Shown here: positions 19,963 to 30,878 of the stretch, one piece after another
How positions within the stretch are numbered: position 1 is the first letter of the stretch
Layout of the letters: each line of letters begins with the position of its first letter
DNA from: a virus
Taxonomy: Duplodnaviria; Caudoviricetes
Virus record (IMG/VR): IMGVR_UViG_3300027808_000032
Location: 1 to 59,049 of that record
Strand: one strand, 5' to 3'
Length of the DNA: 59,049 bases
Translations under genes and position numbers: made by a program
Notes under the pieces: model-generated
Database searches by the model: none
Told to the model about the DNA's origin: nothing
Seen by the model: only the letters and a program-made list of their open reading frames with translations

Positions 19963-19982
19963 GCGTCTCTTCTCGGAGACTC
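19963..19982 (-). repeat. 20-bp quasi-palindrome, copy 2
   Basis: GCGTCTC-TTCTCG-GAGACTC on + strand. Confidence 0.85.
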
Positions 19983-19987
19983 AAATC

Positions 19988-20016
19988 AAGGTCGCAATTC
20001 GCGACCTTTTTTTTTT
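19988..20016 (+). terminator. Intrinsic terminator
   Basis: AAGGTCGC-aattc-GCGACCTT plus T-run. Confidence 0.75.
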
Positions 20017-20056
20017 GTACATTTGTGTTATTGTTTAACCCCATAATTTTTTTTGT

Positions 20057-20350
20057 ATGCAAAAGTTTTTAAGAATCCCTGTTACAAACGAGCAAACTCA
20101 GCTTGTTGGAATTAATGGAATTGTTTTAGTAGAGCAAGCATCTACCACCACAGTTACCATCTCTTATGAGTCAAGCCTAAATGCTTCGGCTAGAAATGTC
20201 GTTTTAACTCATGCTGCTCTTTCAGCAGGAAGTGAGGCGGTTCGTGATGCCATTCAAACCGCAATTGTTGCTGCTCTTCAAGAGCCTTGGTACAATGTTG
20301 TTTTTGATGTGGTTCCTCCTGTCGCAGTATCGGGCATTGCAATTGCCTAA
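20057..20350 (+). CDS. Small hypothetical protein, possibly virion
   Basis: 97 aa with its own promoter and terminator. Confidence 0.7.
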   Translation: MQKFLRIPVTNEQTQLVGINGIVLVEQASTTTVTISYESSLNASARNVVLTHAALSAGSEAVRDAIQTAIVAALQEPWYNVVFDVVPPVAVSGIAIA

Positions 20351-20368
20351 TCAATTATTAATTGTTCT

Positions 20369-20403
20369 AAAAAAGCACTCTCGTAAGGGGGTGCTTTTTT
20401 TTT
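20369..20403. terminator. Intrinsic terminator, possibly bidirectional
   Basis: AAAAAGCACTC-tcgtaa..GGGTGCTTTTTT. Confidence 0.7.
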
Positions 20404-20430
20404 GTCTATCTTTGTAAAAAAAGTATTCAG

Positions 20431-21387
20431 ATGATAAATTCGGTAAGAAACACCGTACTGACAATACTGAACAAAAACAACTACGGATACATCTCCCCTT
20501 CTGACTTTAACCTTATGGCTAAGCAGGCTCAGATGGAGATATTCGAAGAGTATTTTGCTGACTATAACGATACCATTAATCGCGAGAACGTGCGTCCATC
20601 AAACGCACCAAGTGCTGTGGTTCTTGCATCAAATGCCGGATATGCTGACAAAAAGAAAGCCATTGAGGAAGCCATTGAACTTTTTTCTACTACCAAGTTC
20701 CTATCTCATAGCTCGGGTAATTTATTTTTCCTCCCAAGCCTCACGACTACAGGAGATGATTACTACCTTCTCAATAAGGTGTTATGTTACCCTATCCTTT
20801 TGGATTCAGGAAACAATACGAGTGTTCTCGCGAACAACCTAGTTGATGCCGGAGCGAACTTCATCTCTCTTGGTATCGTTGCCGGGGATATTGTAACCAA
20901 CACCACAACCGGAGCTACAGCAATTGCCACCGTTGTCACCGCAACGACAATCACTTTGAGTGCCGATATCTTTTTGGTATCACCGCAGTCATATTCAATA
21001 TTCGATGAGTCTGTGGTAAACGAAGTTGAGAAGGTGAATCACAGCAAGATAACGATGTTGAACAACTCGCTTCTGACATCTCCAAACACACACTTCCCGG
21101 CTTACACCCAAGAATCAGAATTTATGTCTGTGTTCCCAAGAACAATATCAACCAAGGGGCAGATACAGTGTCAGTACATACGTTATCCAAAGGACCCCAA
21201 GTGGACGTTTGTTTCGCTTACAAATGGGGAACCATCATTTAACCAATCTCAGCCCGACTATCAGGATTTTGAGATTCCATTTGAGGATGAGCCTAAATTG
21301 GTTTACAAGATTCTTCAATTGGCCGGAGTTACAATCAGGGAGGCAGCGGTAGTTACCGCAATCAAAAGTGAAGAGCAAGAACTATAA
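20431..21387 (+). CDS. Tail ring / adaptor protein
   Basis: INSVRNTVL.ILNK..GYI.P..FN..A.QAQ; YIRYPKDPKW; position in tail module. Confidence 0.6.
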   Translation: MINSVRNTVLTILNKNNYGYISPSDFNLMAKQAQMEIFEEYFADYNDTINRENVRPSNAPSAVVLASNAGYADKKKAIEEAIELFSTTKFLSHSSGNLFFLPSLTTTGDDYYLLNKVLCYPILLDSGNNTSVLANNLVDAGANFISLGIVAGDIVTNTTTGATAIATVVTATTITLSADIFLVSPQSYSIFDESVVNEVEKVNHSKITMLNNSLLTSPNTHFPAYTQESEFMSVFPRTISTKGQIQCQYIRYPKDPKWTFVSLTNGEPSFNQSQPDYQDFEIPFEDEPKLVYKILQLAGVTIREAAVVTAIKSEEQEL

Positions 21388-21396
21388 AAGTAAGAC

Positions 21397-22320
21397 ATGG
21401 CTTTTTTATCCGCATTTGAATACTATACCAACAATGGTAACGCTCCACAAGACAAAAATTGGGGGTCATATCAGTACGTTAGCCTGAAGGATATTGTCAA
21501 TAACTTCATGCTTATGTACTCCGGCAACAACTCTGTTATCAACAACGAGGAGCGGTACAAGGTTTTGTTTCATTCAAAGAGGGCTATTCAAGAGTTGAAC
21601 TACGATGCGTTCAAAGAGATAAAGGCTCTTGAGCTTAATGTGTGCGATTCGCTTCGCTTTGTTCTTCCGCACGACTACGTAAATTGGGTAAGGATATCTT
21701 TGTACAAGGATGGCTACTTGCGTCCATTAACAGAGAACATTCAAATTAACTCAGCCAAAGCGTACCTGCAAGGCAACAACTGTGAGATTCTGTTTGACCA
21801 AAACGGAAACATATTGGAGCCACAGAACTCAACCATTGACAAGGATAGGTTTGATGGTGCACTGAAGAGCATTTACTTAAATCCCGGGAATCCATTCCAT
21901 GGACAACAGGGGTGGTGCGTAGATGGCAATTGGTACTTTCAGTATGGCATTGGGGCCCGGTTCGGATTGAATACTGAGACTGCCAATAGGAATCCAACCT
22001 TTACAATTGACAAGAAAGCCGGTGTGATAAACTTCAGCTCTGAGATGTCAGGCGAGTTGTGCATCCTTGAGTACATATCAGATGGAATGGAGGGCAATGA
22101 CGATTCGCTTATTTCTGTAAACAAGCTATTTGAGAAGTACGTGTACGCGTACATTTCTTTTGAGATTTTGAGCAACAAGGCCGGCGTTCAAGAGTACATT
22201 ATTGCTCGGGCCCGAAAGGAGAAATCAGCTTTGCTTCGTAACGCTAAGATTAGAATCAGCAACATTCACCCCGGAAGACTTCTTATGAATCTACGTGGGC
22301 AAGATAAGTGGATAAAGTAA
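21397..22320 (+). CDS. Tail ring / structural protein
   Basis: RAIQELNYD, LPHDYVNWVR, LEYISDG; position in tail module. Confidence 0.6.
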   Translation: MAFLSAFEYYTNNGNAPQDKNWGSYQYVSLKDIVNNFMLMYSGNNSVINNEERYKVLFHSKRAIQELNYDAFKEIKALELNVCDSLRFVLPHDYVNWVRISLYKDGYLRPLTENIQINSAKAYLQGNNCEILFDQNGNILEPQNSTIDKDRFDGALKSIYLNPGNPFHGQQGWCVDGNWYFQYGIGARFGLNTETANRNPTFTIDKKAGVINFSSEMSGELCILEYISDGMEGNDDSLISVNKLFEKYVYAYISFEILSNKAGVQEYIIARARKEKSALLRNAKIRISNIHPGRLLMNLRGQDKWIK

Positions 22321-22321
22321 T

Positions 22322-25300
22322 ATGACCAACATCTCGAGAAATTTTATTGCAGGCAAAATGAATAAGACCGTCGATGAACGGCTTATTCCTGATGGAGAGT
22401 ACATCGATGCTTTAAACTGTAGATTGGGTTCGAGCGAAAAGTCAGAGGTTGGTGCTGTTGAAAACACCAAGGGGAACATAGCTCTTACGTCACTGACCTA
22501 CATTAATGGGGCTCCGCTTTCTTCTCAGGCACGATGCATTGGTGCGTATGAGGATGGTGCCAACGAGACGTTGTATTGGTTTGTTCACGACCCGGTATTT
22601 ACGGCAGCAGGTGCCACCGGCAAGTTGGACATGATTGTTTCTTACAACACAACCACTACTGCCTTGACGTATCACGTTGTAAGTATTGATGATGGCGGTG
22701 GGGTAAATACTACGTTGAACTTCAATCCAATCTACTTGATTACAGGTGTGAATTTGGTTGAGGTAAATCCGCAAGGAAACTTCATGCTGTTTTTTACTGA
22801 CAACTACAATGCTCCTCGGTTTATCAACACCGGCCGGACGTATGCTCAGCCTGTTGCAAACATAGACCAATTTGATGAGGAGTCCATCCTTGTTGTTAAG
22901 CGTCCACCTAGACAGTCTCCGGGATTGATTCTTCAGGATACCGGTGGCGAGGAAAACTACATGAAGGATAGGTTCCTTTGTTTTGCGTACCGGTATCGGT
23001 ATGAAGATGGCGAGTACTCTGCGATATCTCAGTTTTCTGCCCCGGCTTTCTCGCCAAAGCAGTTTAACATATCTCCGGACAGCTACCTAAACATTGGCAT
23101 GGAGAACATGTACAATTCAGTTGTGGTAACCTATAACACAGGTGGTCCATTGGTGAAGGGCATTGACCTTTTGTACAAGGACATGGAGAGCAATGTGATT
23201 CGGGTGATTGAGAAGTTGGATAAGGCCAAGCTCGGATTCCCTAACAACACTCTTCAGTTCTATTCATTTACAAACAGCAAGATATTTACTGTCCTTACGG
23301 AGTCGGAGATATTTAGGCTGTATGACAACGTACCAAGGTTTGCCAAGGCTCAGACTATAATGGGTAACCGGTTGATGTACGGAAACTATATCGAAGGATA
23401 CGACCTTGTTGATTTGAATGGGAATGAGGTTCGCTTTGATTATTACACTGACCCTGTGTCAACTGTTCTTGGTCAAGTTGAGCTACCTACAGTTAGAGGC
23501 TTTGGCTTATATGATTTGCCACAATCGGGGCCTACTAATTCATTCCCCAACACAAAGTTCACTGTTGACCTTTCGAGTGTATCAACAAAACTTTTTAAGG
23601 GTGGTGTTCTTAGGTTTGAGCTAAAGATATCCCACAATTCGGTTCCGCCATCATATCCTTTTGGGTGGAGTCCCGGTACTCCTGTTTTTCCTTCAGGAGT
23701 AAATGCATTTAGTGTTAATTTTGAGTTTGTTTTGCCAAAGGATTATGCTAACGTGCCTGCTTTATTTGCAAGCACTGAGTTTAAGAATGCAATAGGGGTA
23801 GCTTCTCCTCCAAACTTTCAGCCGCTTTTCCCTCTTTTTTTAGCATCAAATGGTAAGACATTTACGGACTGCTATAACGCAGAGCTTTTGCCTGTGCTTC
23901 CTTCTATGTCCGGCAACTTTTCTTTGCTGAGGTCTGCTATAGGTGTTTCGGGCCCCATACCAACTATTGGTGAACCTATCCCTGTTGGCAACCCAACAAC
24001 AAATGAGTTGGACTTCAAGATACTGTTTCCTTTGTATGAAATAACTACTGCACCTCCGGGGACAGAAGAATGGGAGATATTGAAGATTGATAGTGCAAAG
24101 GCGTACTTTACTCCGGCGTTTGGCGAGCGGTCACTGCATAGCAATCGTGGGTATGAGGTTGGCATTGTTTACATGGATGAGTTTGCACGCTCTTCTACAG
24201 CTCTTGTGAGCAACAACAATACTGTGTTCTTTGATTGCGGACAGTCTGTAAATAAAAATCAGATTAAGGTAACAATTCCGACAACACAAAGAGCACCATC
24301 TTGGGCTACAAGGTATAAGTTTGTTCTTAAGCCTGACAAGACAACCTATGAGACCATCTACTCTAACCTTTACTTTGTTGATAATCCAACCAATACGTTA
24401 TGGGCGTTATTGGAAGGGGAGAATGCTCGTAAATTTGAGTCGGGGGATAGGCTTATTTTAAAAGCTGACGCATCCGGTGCCAAGACTTCTTGTGCTTATG
24501 TGACAATATTAGAGAAGGAAGCAAAACCTGCTGACTTTGTTGCCATACCAAATCAGCTTGACCCATCTCAAAACATACCGGTACCATCGGGGGTGTATGC
24601 TAAGATAAGCACTACGAATCCAAAACTTGATGTGTCGGCAAGTCAGTTTAAAAATATTTCTTTCGGAACCAAAACGGTAATTCAAGATAATAATGGATTG
24701 GTCCCTGTTATGGACTACACTGTAAATATTCCGGACCCCCTTACTCCGGGTGACTACATAGACAATCCCGGTGGTGAGCCATTAATACCTGTGGGTAGTC
24801 GTGTGATTTTAAGTTTCAAGTTTGAGCGTAAAGGCCCCGGCGATGGAGGTGGAGCTTGCGAAAGAAGGATATACACCTTAGAGCAAGAATACATATCTAC
24901 AGCAAACTATGCTGATTTTAAGGCTTGGTTTGATGGGGATAACATAGATGGATACTTAGATTTGGGAATAAAAGATGTTGGAGGCCCTGTACCGCCAAAT
25001 CTACCAATAAACAATAGGTACGATGCTAGTATTTACAATAGTCCTCCAAATTCTACAAGTATTTGTAATGGGTTTTTGGGGTGTAACTTTATTGCATACA
25101 ATTTTTATAGGTTCTTTAGGGATTTGGGAACCAACCGGCTAGCCTTGACCATGACCGGTCCTCCTTCTTGCGGTTGGGATAATGATTCTCAATCAAGCAT
25201 TACTGTTAGCATCAGTATATTGAGAGCAGGAGGGACCTTGATTTTTGAGACCGAGCCGGTGGATGCATCTCCCGACATATTCTTTGAGAATGAGTTTTCG

Positions 25301-27139
25301 TATCCTATTGATACAACAACCGGAAACCACCTATCAGGAACCATGGTAGGAGATGTGAATCAAAATATTGCCTTGGGTATTCCCGGGGTTGTGTATCCAT
25401 CTTTCTTCAACTGCTTTACTTTTGGAAATGGTGCCGAGAGTTATCGGGTACGAGATTCTTTAAAAGGTCAAACATTCTTGTTGGGCAATCGCGTTACTGC
25501 GGTATCTACTCAAAACTACAAGCAGGCCCATCGATTTGCAGATATAACCTACAGTGGAATCTACAACGATGAGTCGAATGTAAATAAGCTAAACGAGTTT
25601 AACCTTGGTCTTTTGAACTACAAGACGTTGGAGGACTCCTTCGGTCCCATTATGATATTGGATGGCCGGGAGACAGACGTGTTGGTTCTTCAAGAGGATA
25701 AGGTAAGCTATGTGCTTGCCGGCAAGAACTTGCTATCGGATTCCGCGGCCGGTGGTGCCATCACATCTGTGCCCGAGGTTTTAGGGACTCAGATTGCAAG
25801 GATTGAGAAAAATGGGATTAGCTTCCATCCGGAGAGCTACACAAAATGGGGGCCTAGTAAGTTCTTCACCGATGCCAAGAGGGGTGCTGTTATTCAGCTT
25901 TCTGGAGGTTCTTACAACAGCGAGCAGATGGGATTGATTTCATTGACCGGTATGCGTTCATGGTTCCGGGACCTGTTCATAGATTCTATGTACACTCAAA
26001 AGCTCGGTGGCTATGACCCATACATGGACGAGTACGTGCTCAGTTCAAACGAAACCTCAATTCCCATAATTGATGATTGTATTGATTGCGGAACAACTCA
26101 GAAGTTCACGCTTCCGTTTCGTGGTGGTGGTGCAATACCATACTCATACTGCGTAAACTTGGGATTGCCTATCGGTTCTGTTGATGTGGACTACACGATA
26201 TCAATCGTTAGTGGCACGCCTACTGTTAACATATCTGCGACATTTAATGGTAGCACGTCATCTACAGGTGCTGTGAACACTAGCGGAACGCTGACATTTT
26301 CAAAGTCAACGAATAACACCAACGGCACGATATCACTTCAGTATGGTGGAAGCGGAGAAATGATGTTGGAAATCACTGTTCGTTGCCCCGAGTCTATCCC
26401 ATTGACCTTGGTTGAGGTTTGCGTATCGGATAACGCAGATGCCGGCAAGTTTATTCACAATGAGTTCAGATACCAAAGTGGAGCGTACATCTCTCCGACT
26501 TCATCAGACCTTGTGACTCTTGCTTCGGGATTTTCGTACCCATTGATTTCAAACTACAACCTTACTTCAGGGTTCCAAGGAACAGGGTATTTCCCGGTCA
26601 ATGGTTCTACGGTTCGAATAATTTCAAACAAGATACTATTCGACAACTACAACTTTGATAGCGTCAACAACAGGCTGATGTACTTTAGGACCAACGTGTT
26701 CTATCCAAACACCCCGGTTGGCGTTCAGAACCTTCTATTGGCTGCAACCAATGCGACTCCTCTTGTGAATGTGGGGTCTGCTTGGTACGCTGAGTTTATT
26801 ATGCCGGGGGGGATGCCGAATGACTATTTGTACCTGATATGGGACTACAGAACTAAGGTGTCTCAAGAGCTGTGCTACTCATCTGTTAGTGCAGAGGATG
26901 CGTGTTGCAATTGCGAGCAGTGCGAAGAGCTATGTTCTTCTTGGTCTGCTACGGCAGGTCCGGCCGGGGCGTTGTTGGTCTACAACGATTGCTCAGAGGC
27001 TCAGTTCCCAACCATTGTTTATGTAGACCCCGAGGATACTATTATAATCTGTGCATCAAATGAACCAAGCGTTGTAGAAGGATTAGCTGAGATTAGCTTT
27101 GCTGACTGCGGATGCGTATCAATTCCTCTTGAAACATAA
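22322..27139 (+). CDS. Tail stabilisation/nozzle protein (P22 gp10-like), N-terminal part
   Basis: F.AGKMNK..DERL.P.GEY.DALN, GAVEN..GN, FAYRYRY.DGEYS, GNRLMYGNY, YFTD-like FFTDAKRG. Confidence 0.7.
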   Translation: MTNISRNFIAGKMNKTVDERLIPDGEYIDALNCRLGSSEKSEVGAVENTKGNIALTSLTYINGAPLSSQARCIGAYEDGANETLYWFVHDPVFTAAGATGKLDMIVSYNTTTTALTYHVVSIDDGGGVNTTLNFNPIYLITGVNLVEVNPQGNFMLFFTDNYNAPRFINTGRTYAQPVANIDQFDEESILVVKRPPRQSPGLILQDTGGEENYMKDRFLCFAYRYRYEDGEYSAISQFSAPAFSPKQFNISPDSYLNIGMENMYNSVVVTYNTGGPLVKGIDLLYKDMESNVIRVIEKLDKAKLGFPNNTLQFYSFTNSKIFTVLTESEIFRLYDNVPRFAKAQTIMGNRLMYGNYIEGYDLVDLNGNEVRFDYYTDPVSTVLGQVELPTVRGFGLYDLPQSGPTNSFPNTKFTVDLSSVSTKLFKGGVLRFELKISHNSVPPSYPFGWSPGTPVFPSGVNAFSVNFEFVLPKDYANVPALFASTEFKNAIGVASPPNFQPLFPLFLASNGKTFTDCYNAELLPVLPSMSGNFSLLRSAIGVSGPIPTIGEPIPVGNPTTNELDFKILFPLYEITTAPPGTEEWEILKIDSAKAYFTPAFGERSLHSNRGYEVGIVYMDEFARSSTALVSNNNTVFFDCGQSVNKNQIKVTIPTTQRAPSWATRYKFVLKPDKTTYETIYSNLYFVDNPTNTLWALLEGENARKFESGDRLILKADASGAKTSCAYVTILEKEAKPADFVAIPNQLDPSQNIPVPSGVYAKISTTNPKLDVSASQFKNISFGTKTVIQDNNGLVPVMDYTVNIPDPLTPGDYIDNPGGEPLIPVGSRVILSFKFERKGPGDGGGACERRIYTLEQEYISTANYADFKAWFDGDNIDGYLDLGIKDVGGPVPPNLPINNRYDASIYNSPPNSTSICNGFLGCNFIAYNFYRFFRDLGTNRLALTMTGPPSCGWDNDSQSSITVSISILRAGGTLIFETEPVDASPDIFFENEFSYPIDTTTGNHLSGTMVGDVNQNIALGIPGVVYPSFFNCFTFGNGAESYRVRDSLKGQTFLLGNRVTAVSTQNYKQAHRFADITYSGIYNDESNVNKLNEFNLGLLNYKTLEDSFGPIMILDGRETDVLVLQEDKVSYVLAGKNLLSDSAAGGAITSVPEVLGTQIARIEKNGISFHPESYTKWGPSKFFTDAKRGAVIQLSGGSYNSEQMGLISLTGMRSWFRDLFIDSMYTQKLGGYDPYMDEYVLSSNETSIPIIDDCIDCGTTQKFTLPFRGGGAIPYSYCVNLGLPIGSVDVDYTISIVSGTPTVNISATFNGSTSSTGAVNTSGTLTFSKSTNNTNGTISLQYGGSGEMMLEITVRCPESIPLTLVEVCVSDNADAGKFIHNEFRYQSGAYISPTSSDLVTLASGFSYPLISNYNLTSGFQGTGYFPVNGSTVRIISNKILFDNYNFDSVNNRLMYFRTNVFYPNTPVGVQNLLLAATNATPLVNVGSAWYAEFIMPGGMPNDYLYLIWDYRTKVSQELCYSSVSAEDACCNCEQCEELCSSWSATAGPAGALLVYNDCSEAQFPTIVYVDPEDTIIICASNEPSVVEGLAEISFADCGCVSIPLET

Positions 27140-27142
27140 GAC

Positions 27143-28828
27143 ATGGCAACATCATCACTTTACTATTTGAACTCATCATCGTTTGCTTCTGCAACTGCTG
27201 TGTTTACGAATTCTGCTCTTACCACCTTGGCACCGGATGGGTGGTTTTCATTTGGTGGTATCGTAAGGGAGCAGGTAGGGGGTGTGCTACAGCCGGCAGT
27301 TCCTTGTCCATCGTGCTTCATTGATTGCGACAATCAGTTGGAACATTCGGGGGACAATGGTATCTACAATGTTACCTTCAACACAGGGTTTAATGTCGGT
27401 GCCATCATCATTAGGTTCAATCCCAATAACGTGCCGGATGGTTTCTTGGCAACGTATGATGGAGTAGACTACAACGGACTTGTGTCTCCGGCGTATGGTT
27501 GGGTGCAAGGCGGTGTGGCCGGGGAGCCATCGTACATTGGCAGAGCGGCGGATGACTGTGGTATATCGGGGACTACGTATGTTCTTGACAACTATCGGTT
27601 CCAAGGAGGCAGCTTTATTTTTGATGGCACCACTCCGAGTGTTACTGTCAACCCATTGGCTGTGGATACCACAGTGGGGAATCCCGGCAACTGTGTGATG
27701 GTGATACCAAAGGTAAACGCATCTCCTTCTTCTTTGTATCTTCAGATTGTATCTCCTTGTCCCTCCGGGGCTTTTACTGTTGAGGTTGAGTGCCCGGCTC
27801 TATTGCAGGGGTTTGCATCAAGCAATGTAAATGGCTCTTCTACTGCTGCGTGCAATGATATCTTGGACCAAACGTACTACGTTGCTCACGTCAATGGGTC
27901 GGGAGGTGTGCTATATCTGTACGACTATGTGTTTGCTGATGCCTATGGTCAGACTCCATTATCGGCAGGATTCTACAATGTGTCAGGGATGAGTCCCTTT
28001 TATGATTGGATTCAAGTGGATGCGAATGGTGTTGTAATAGCTTTTGGAAGCTGCTCATATAGCAATAACTATTTGGTTCGCAGGTGTGGAGACAATCTTG
28101 AGATTGTTGTGTACTCTGCATCAGCACGTACTCCCGGCCAACTGATAAGCGTGAATGAGGCTATCTATGCCGGATGTCGGTTTATAGTGGTAGGGCCACA
28201 AGCTACTCAAGCCGATGCCACCTTCAATGCGGTTGTGCCGGGGACTTGCGAGAACGTATGTGTGTATTGGGAAGCGACAAGCAACTTGGAGGTTGGAAGT
28301 GTGAACTTAAACTTTGTTGATTGCTTGGGTGTGCCACAGGTTTATTCCTTGGGGCCCGAAGAAACATACAAGTTCTGTGCGAGGTCTACGAGCTACGTGT
28401 CTCCGGAGGGCGTGACAAGCGTTATCGATAGCTGCCAATGCCCTTCTGTTTTCTACTATCGAGTAACGCGTTGTGGAGATGGCCTTTCTGTCATTATTGA
28501 TTCGACTACAGTGTTGAATCCGGGGGATGTGGTATCCATTACAGGATACTCAGGGTGCTACTTTCAAGTGATATCATCTTCGGCCCTTGCTCCTACCGAG
28601 TCGTTTGTTTCTCTTGAGCCAACAACTTGCAGTGAGGTGTGTGTGCTGATGTCGTTTCAGAATGTTAGCGGTGGTCCATCTTCAATTACTTGGACCGGAT
28701 GTGATGACCTTCCGTATGCTTACACGCTGTCCGATGGGCAAACCATATTGAGATGTGTAAAGGGTGGGGCCTACACTGTACCCGGAGGAATTGTTGTAAC
28801 TTTGTCAAACTGTAACTGCGGAGTATAA
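27143..28828 (+). CDS. Cys-rich tail-associated protein
   Basis: About 25 Cys; internal repeats Y.V.RCGD.L..PG..IS..GC.F..TC..VCV. Confidence 0.6.
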   Translation: MATSSLYYLNSSSFASATAVFTNSALTTLAPDGWFSFGGIVREQVGGVLQPAVPCPSCFIDCDNQLEHSGDNGIYNVTFNTGFNVGAIIIRFNPNNVPDGFLATYDGVDYNGLVSPAYGWVQGGVAGEPSYIGRAADDCGISGTTYVLDNYRFQGGSFIFDGTTPSVTVNPLAVDTTVGNPGNCVMVIPKVNASPSSLYLQIVSPCPSGAFTVEVECPALLQGFASSNVNGSSTAACNDILDQTYYVAHVNGSGGVLYLYDYVFADAYGQTPLSAGFYNVSGMSPFYDWIQVDANGVVIAFGSCSYSNNYLVRRCGDNLEIVVYSASARTPGQLISVNEAIYAGCRFIVVGPQATQADATFNAVVPGTCENVCVYWEATSNLEVGSVNLNFVDCLGVPQVYSLGPEETYKFCARSTSYVSPEGVTSVIDSCQCPSVFYYRVTRCGDGLSVIIDSTTVLNPGDVVSITGYSGCYFQVISSSALAPTESFVSLEPTTCSEVCVLMSFQNVSGGPSSITWTGCDDLPYAYTLSDGQTILRCVKGGAYTVPGGIVVTLSNCNCGV

Positions 28829-29634
28829 TGCCTACATACACTCTTTCATATGACCCCGGGGTACAAGGATGGCCATCCTTTTACTCGTTTGAGCCTGATT
28901 GGATGATTGGGATGAACAACTATTTCTATACCTTCAAGGGTGGGAATTTGTACCGACACAGTGTAAACGCAGTAAGGAATAACTTCTATGGTGTTCAGTA
29001 CACCTCAAAGATTAAGAGCGTTTTCAATGTTGAGGTATTGAAGAACAAGCTGTTCAAGACCTTGTCATTGCAAGGTGATGACAGTTGGTCCGCAGAGTTG
29101 GACACCGACATTCAGGACACAGGCTTCATTCAGAAGTCTTGGTTTGAGAAGAAGGAGCAAACATATTTTGCTTTTGTTCGCAACTCGGGAACTATCCCGG
29201 CGAATCCGTCTCAGAACTATCCCTTGCGGTCATTAAATGGCATTGGTAGGAGCGTTACGGTTTCGGGTCCTCCCGGGGCTACGGTGATATCGTTTTCGAT
29301 TAACCCATTGATTTCTATTGGAGGAATCATCAGCATTGGAGATGCTTTGTACTTTGCTTTGCCTCCCACGTACTCAACTCCGTTGTTGGCCGGCGAGGTT
29401 ACTGCTGTCAATGTCAACCTTCCAAACGGAATCAATCAGATTGTTATTAATACCACGATACCGGGGACTACTCCAATTGGCATTCAAACCCCATACTTCT
29501 TGTTCATTAAGAATGCTGTTGCCGAGTCCCATGGGGTGTTGGGTCATTACTGCATATTTAGCCTTGAGAACAACTCAACTTCTGCTGTAGAATTGTTTCA
29601 AGCGGAGAGTGATATTATGTTTAGCTATCCATAA
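28828..29634 (+). CDS. Tail stabilisation protein, C-terminal part encoded as a separate gene
   Basis: TLSY..GWPSFYSF.P..NNYFYTFK..NNFYG..K.FKTL..FEKKE. Confidence 0.55.
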   Translation: MPTYTLSYDPGVQGWPSFYSFEPDWMIGMNNYFYTFKGGNLYRHSVNAVRNNFYGVQYTSKIKSVFNVEVLKNKLFKTLSLQGDDSWSAELDTDIQDTGFIQKSWFEKKEQTYFAFVRNSGTIPANPSQNYPLRSLNGIGRSVTVSGPPGATVISFSINPLISIGGIISIGDALYFALPPTYSTPLLAGEVTAVNVNLPNGINQIVINTTIPGTTPIGIQTPYFLFIKNAVAESHGVLGHYCIFSLENNSTSAVELFQAESDIMFSYP

Positions 29635-29656
29635 AAAAGCTATCTTTGTGGTAACT

Positions 29657-30058
29657 ATGCTTGATATTAGAGCTATAACTCATGAAGACTATGACAGCAC
29701 TCTTGTCAATTGGTGGAAAGATTGGGGGTGGACTCCGCCCACAAGGGATTTCTTGCCTTTAAACGGCACAGGGGGCCTGATGGTTTTTGATGGTGACACT
29801 CCGGTGTGTGCCGGATTTATATATGCCACCAACTCGGCGGTTGCTTGGGTTGATTGGATTATCTCCAACAAGAACTATCGGGACAAGAGGGCCGAGGCCA
29901 TTGAGCTGTTGTTGTCATCTCTTACGAGTGTGGCTCAAGGCTCGGGTGCCAAGATTGCATACGCTCTCATAAAGCATCAAGGTTTGATATCATCATACGA
30001 GAAGTTTGGATACATAAAGGGAGATGCATACAATACAGAAATGATAAAAGTATTTTGA
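29657..30058 (+). CDS. GNAT-like protein
   Basis: AGFIY..AWVDWIISN..YEKFGY; lies between tail and ejection genes. Confidence 0.55.
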   Translation: MLDIRAITHEDYDSTLVNWWKDWGWTPPTRDFLPLNGTGGLMVFDGDTPVCAGFIYATNSAVAWVDWIISNKNYRDKRAEAIELLLSSLTSVAQGSGAKIAYALIKHQGLISSYEKFGYIKGDAYNTEMIKVF

Positions 30059-30059
30059 T

Positions 30060-30875
30060 ATGGCAGCATTTACATCAATAGCGGCAGGTATTGGGTTGGC
30101 AGCTACGGCGGCTTCTACTGCAATGTCTTTTTCTCAGGCCGCTCAGCAAAACAGCATTAAGAACAAGGCTGAGGCTGAGGCTGAAAAGGCTTTGGCTGAG
30201 GCTAAGAAGCGTCTTGATGTTAACGTGTACGAGGCATTGGATGTAAACTTGGATGCATTCCGCAGACAGCAAGAGGGATTGTTGTCGGCTGCGGCCCAAG
30301 CTACTGCTGCCGGTGTCGAGTCTGAGAGGGGTGTTGCGGCCACTGCCGGCCGGGTTCAAGCCGGTGTTAATGATGCCATGGCCGGGATTCGGGAGGCTGA
30401 GGTTTCTAAGTTGGAGGAGTTGGAGCAATTGACTGCCGGGGAGGAGAGTAGGCTTAAGGACATTGGTGCACAGATTAATCTTGATGAAGCTGCCGGTGCT
30501 CAGGCGGCGGCTGCAAATGCTGCCGAGATGGAGCAGATGGCTTTGGCTCAGGGCATGGAGGGTGTTGTTTCTGCTGTTGGTCAGGCTGCTGAGATGGCTC
30601 CATTGTTTTCTAAGACGAAGGGTGCGAGGCAAGCATCACGATTGGAGCGTCAGTTTAACCGGGCCGATACTACGGGGACTTTTGCTGAGAATGTTATGAG
30701 TAAGGTTACTGCTCCAACTTTTGACACCACACCTGAAGGTATAAAAGCACAACAGGCTTATAATGCTCTTAGCAAAGGTGGAGCTCCATTTCAAGATTAT
30801 TTAATTCAAAGAACCCCGGACGAGTTTAACGATTTGATGTTTAAGTTAGGGTTAAGCGGACCAAAATTTAGATAA
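30060..30875 (+). CDS. Internal virion (ejection) protein
   Basis: Ala/Gly-rich hydrophobic N-terminus followed by coiled coil. Confidence 0.6.
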   Translation: MAAFTSIAAGIGLAATAASTAMSFSQAAQQNSIKNKAEAEAEKALAEAKKRLDVNVYEALDVNLDAFRRQQEGLLSAAAQATAAGVESERGVAATAGRVQAGVNDAMAGIREAEVSKLEELEQLTAGEESRLKDIGAQINLDEAAGAQAAAANAAEMEQMALAQGMEGVVSAVGQAAEMAPLFSKTKGARQASRLERQFNRADTTGTFAENVMSKVTAPTFDTTPEGIKAQQAYNALSKGGAPFQDYLIQRTPDEFNDLMFKLGLSGPKFR

Positions 30876-30878
30876 TAA

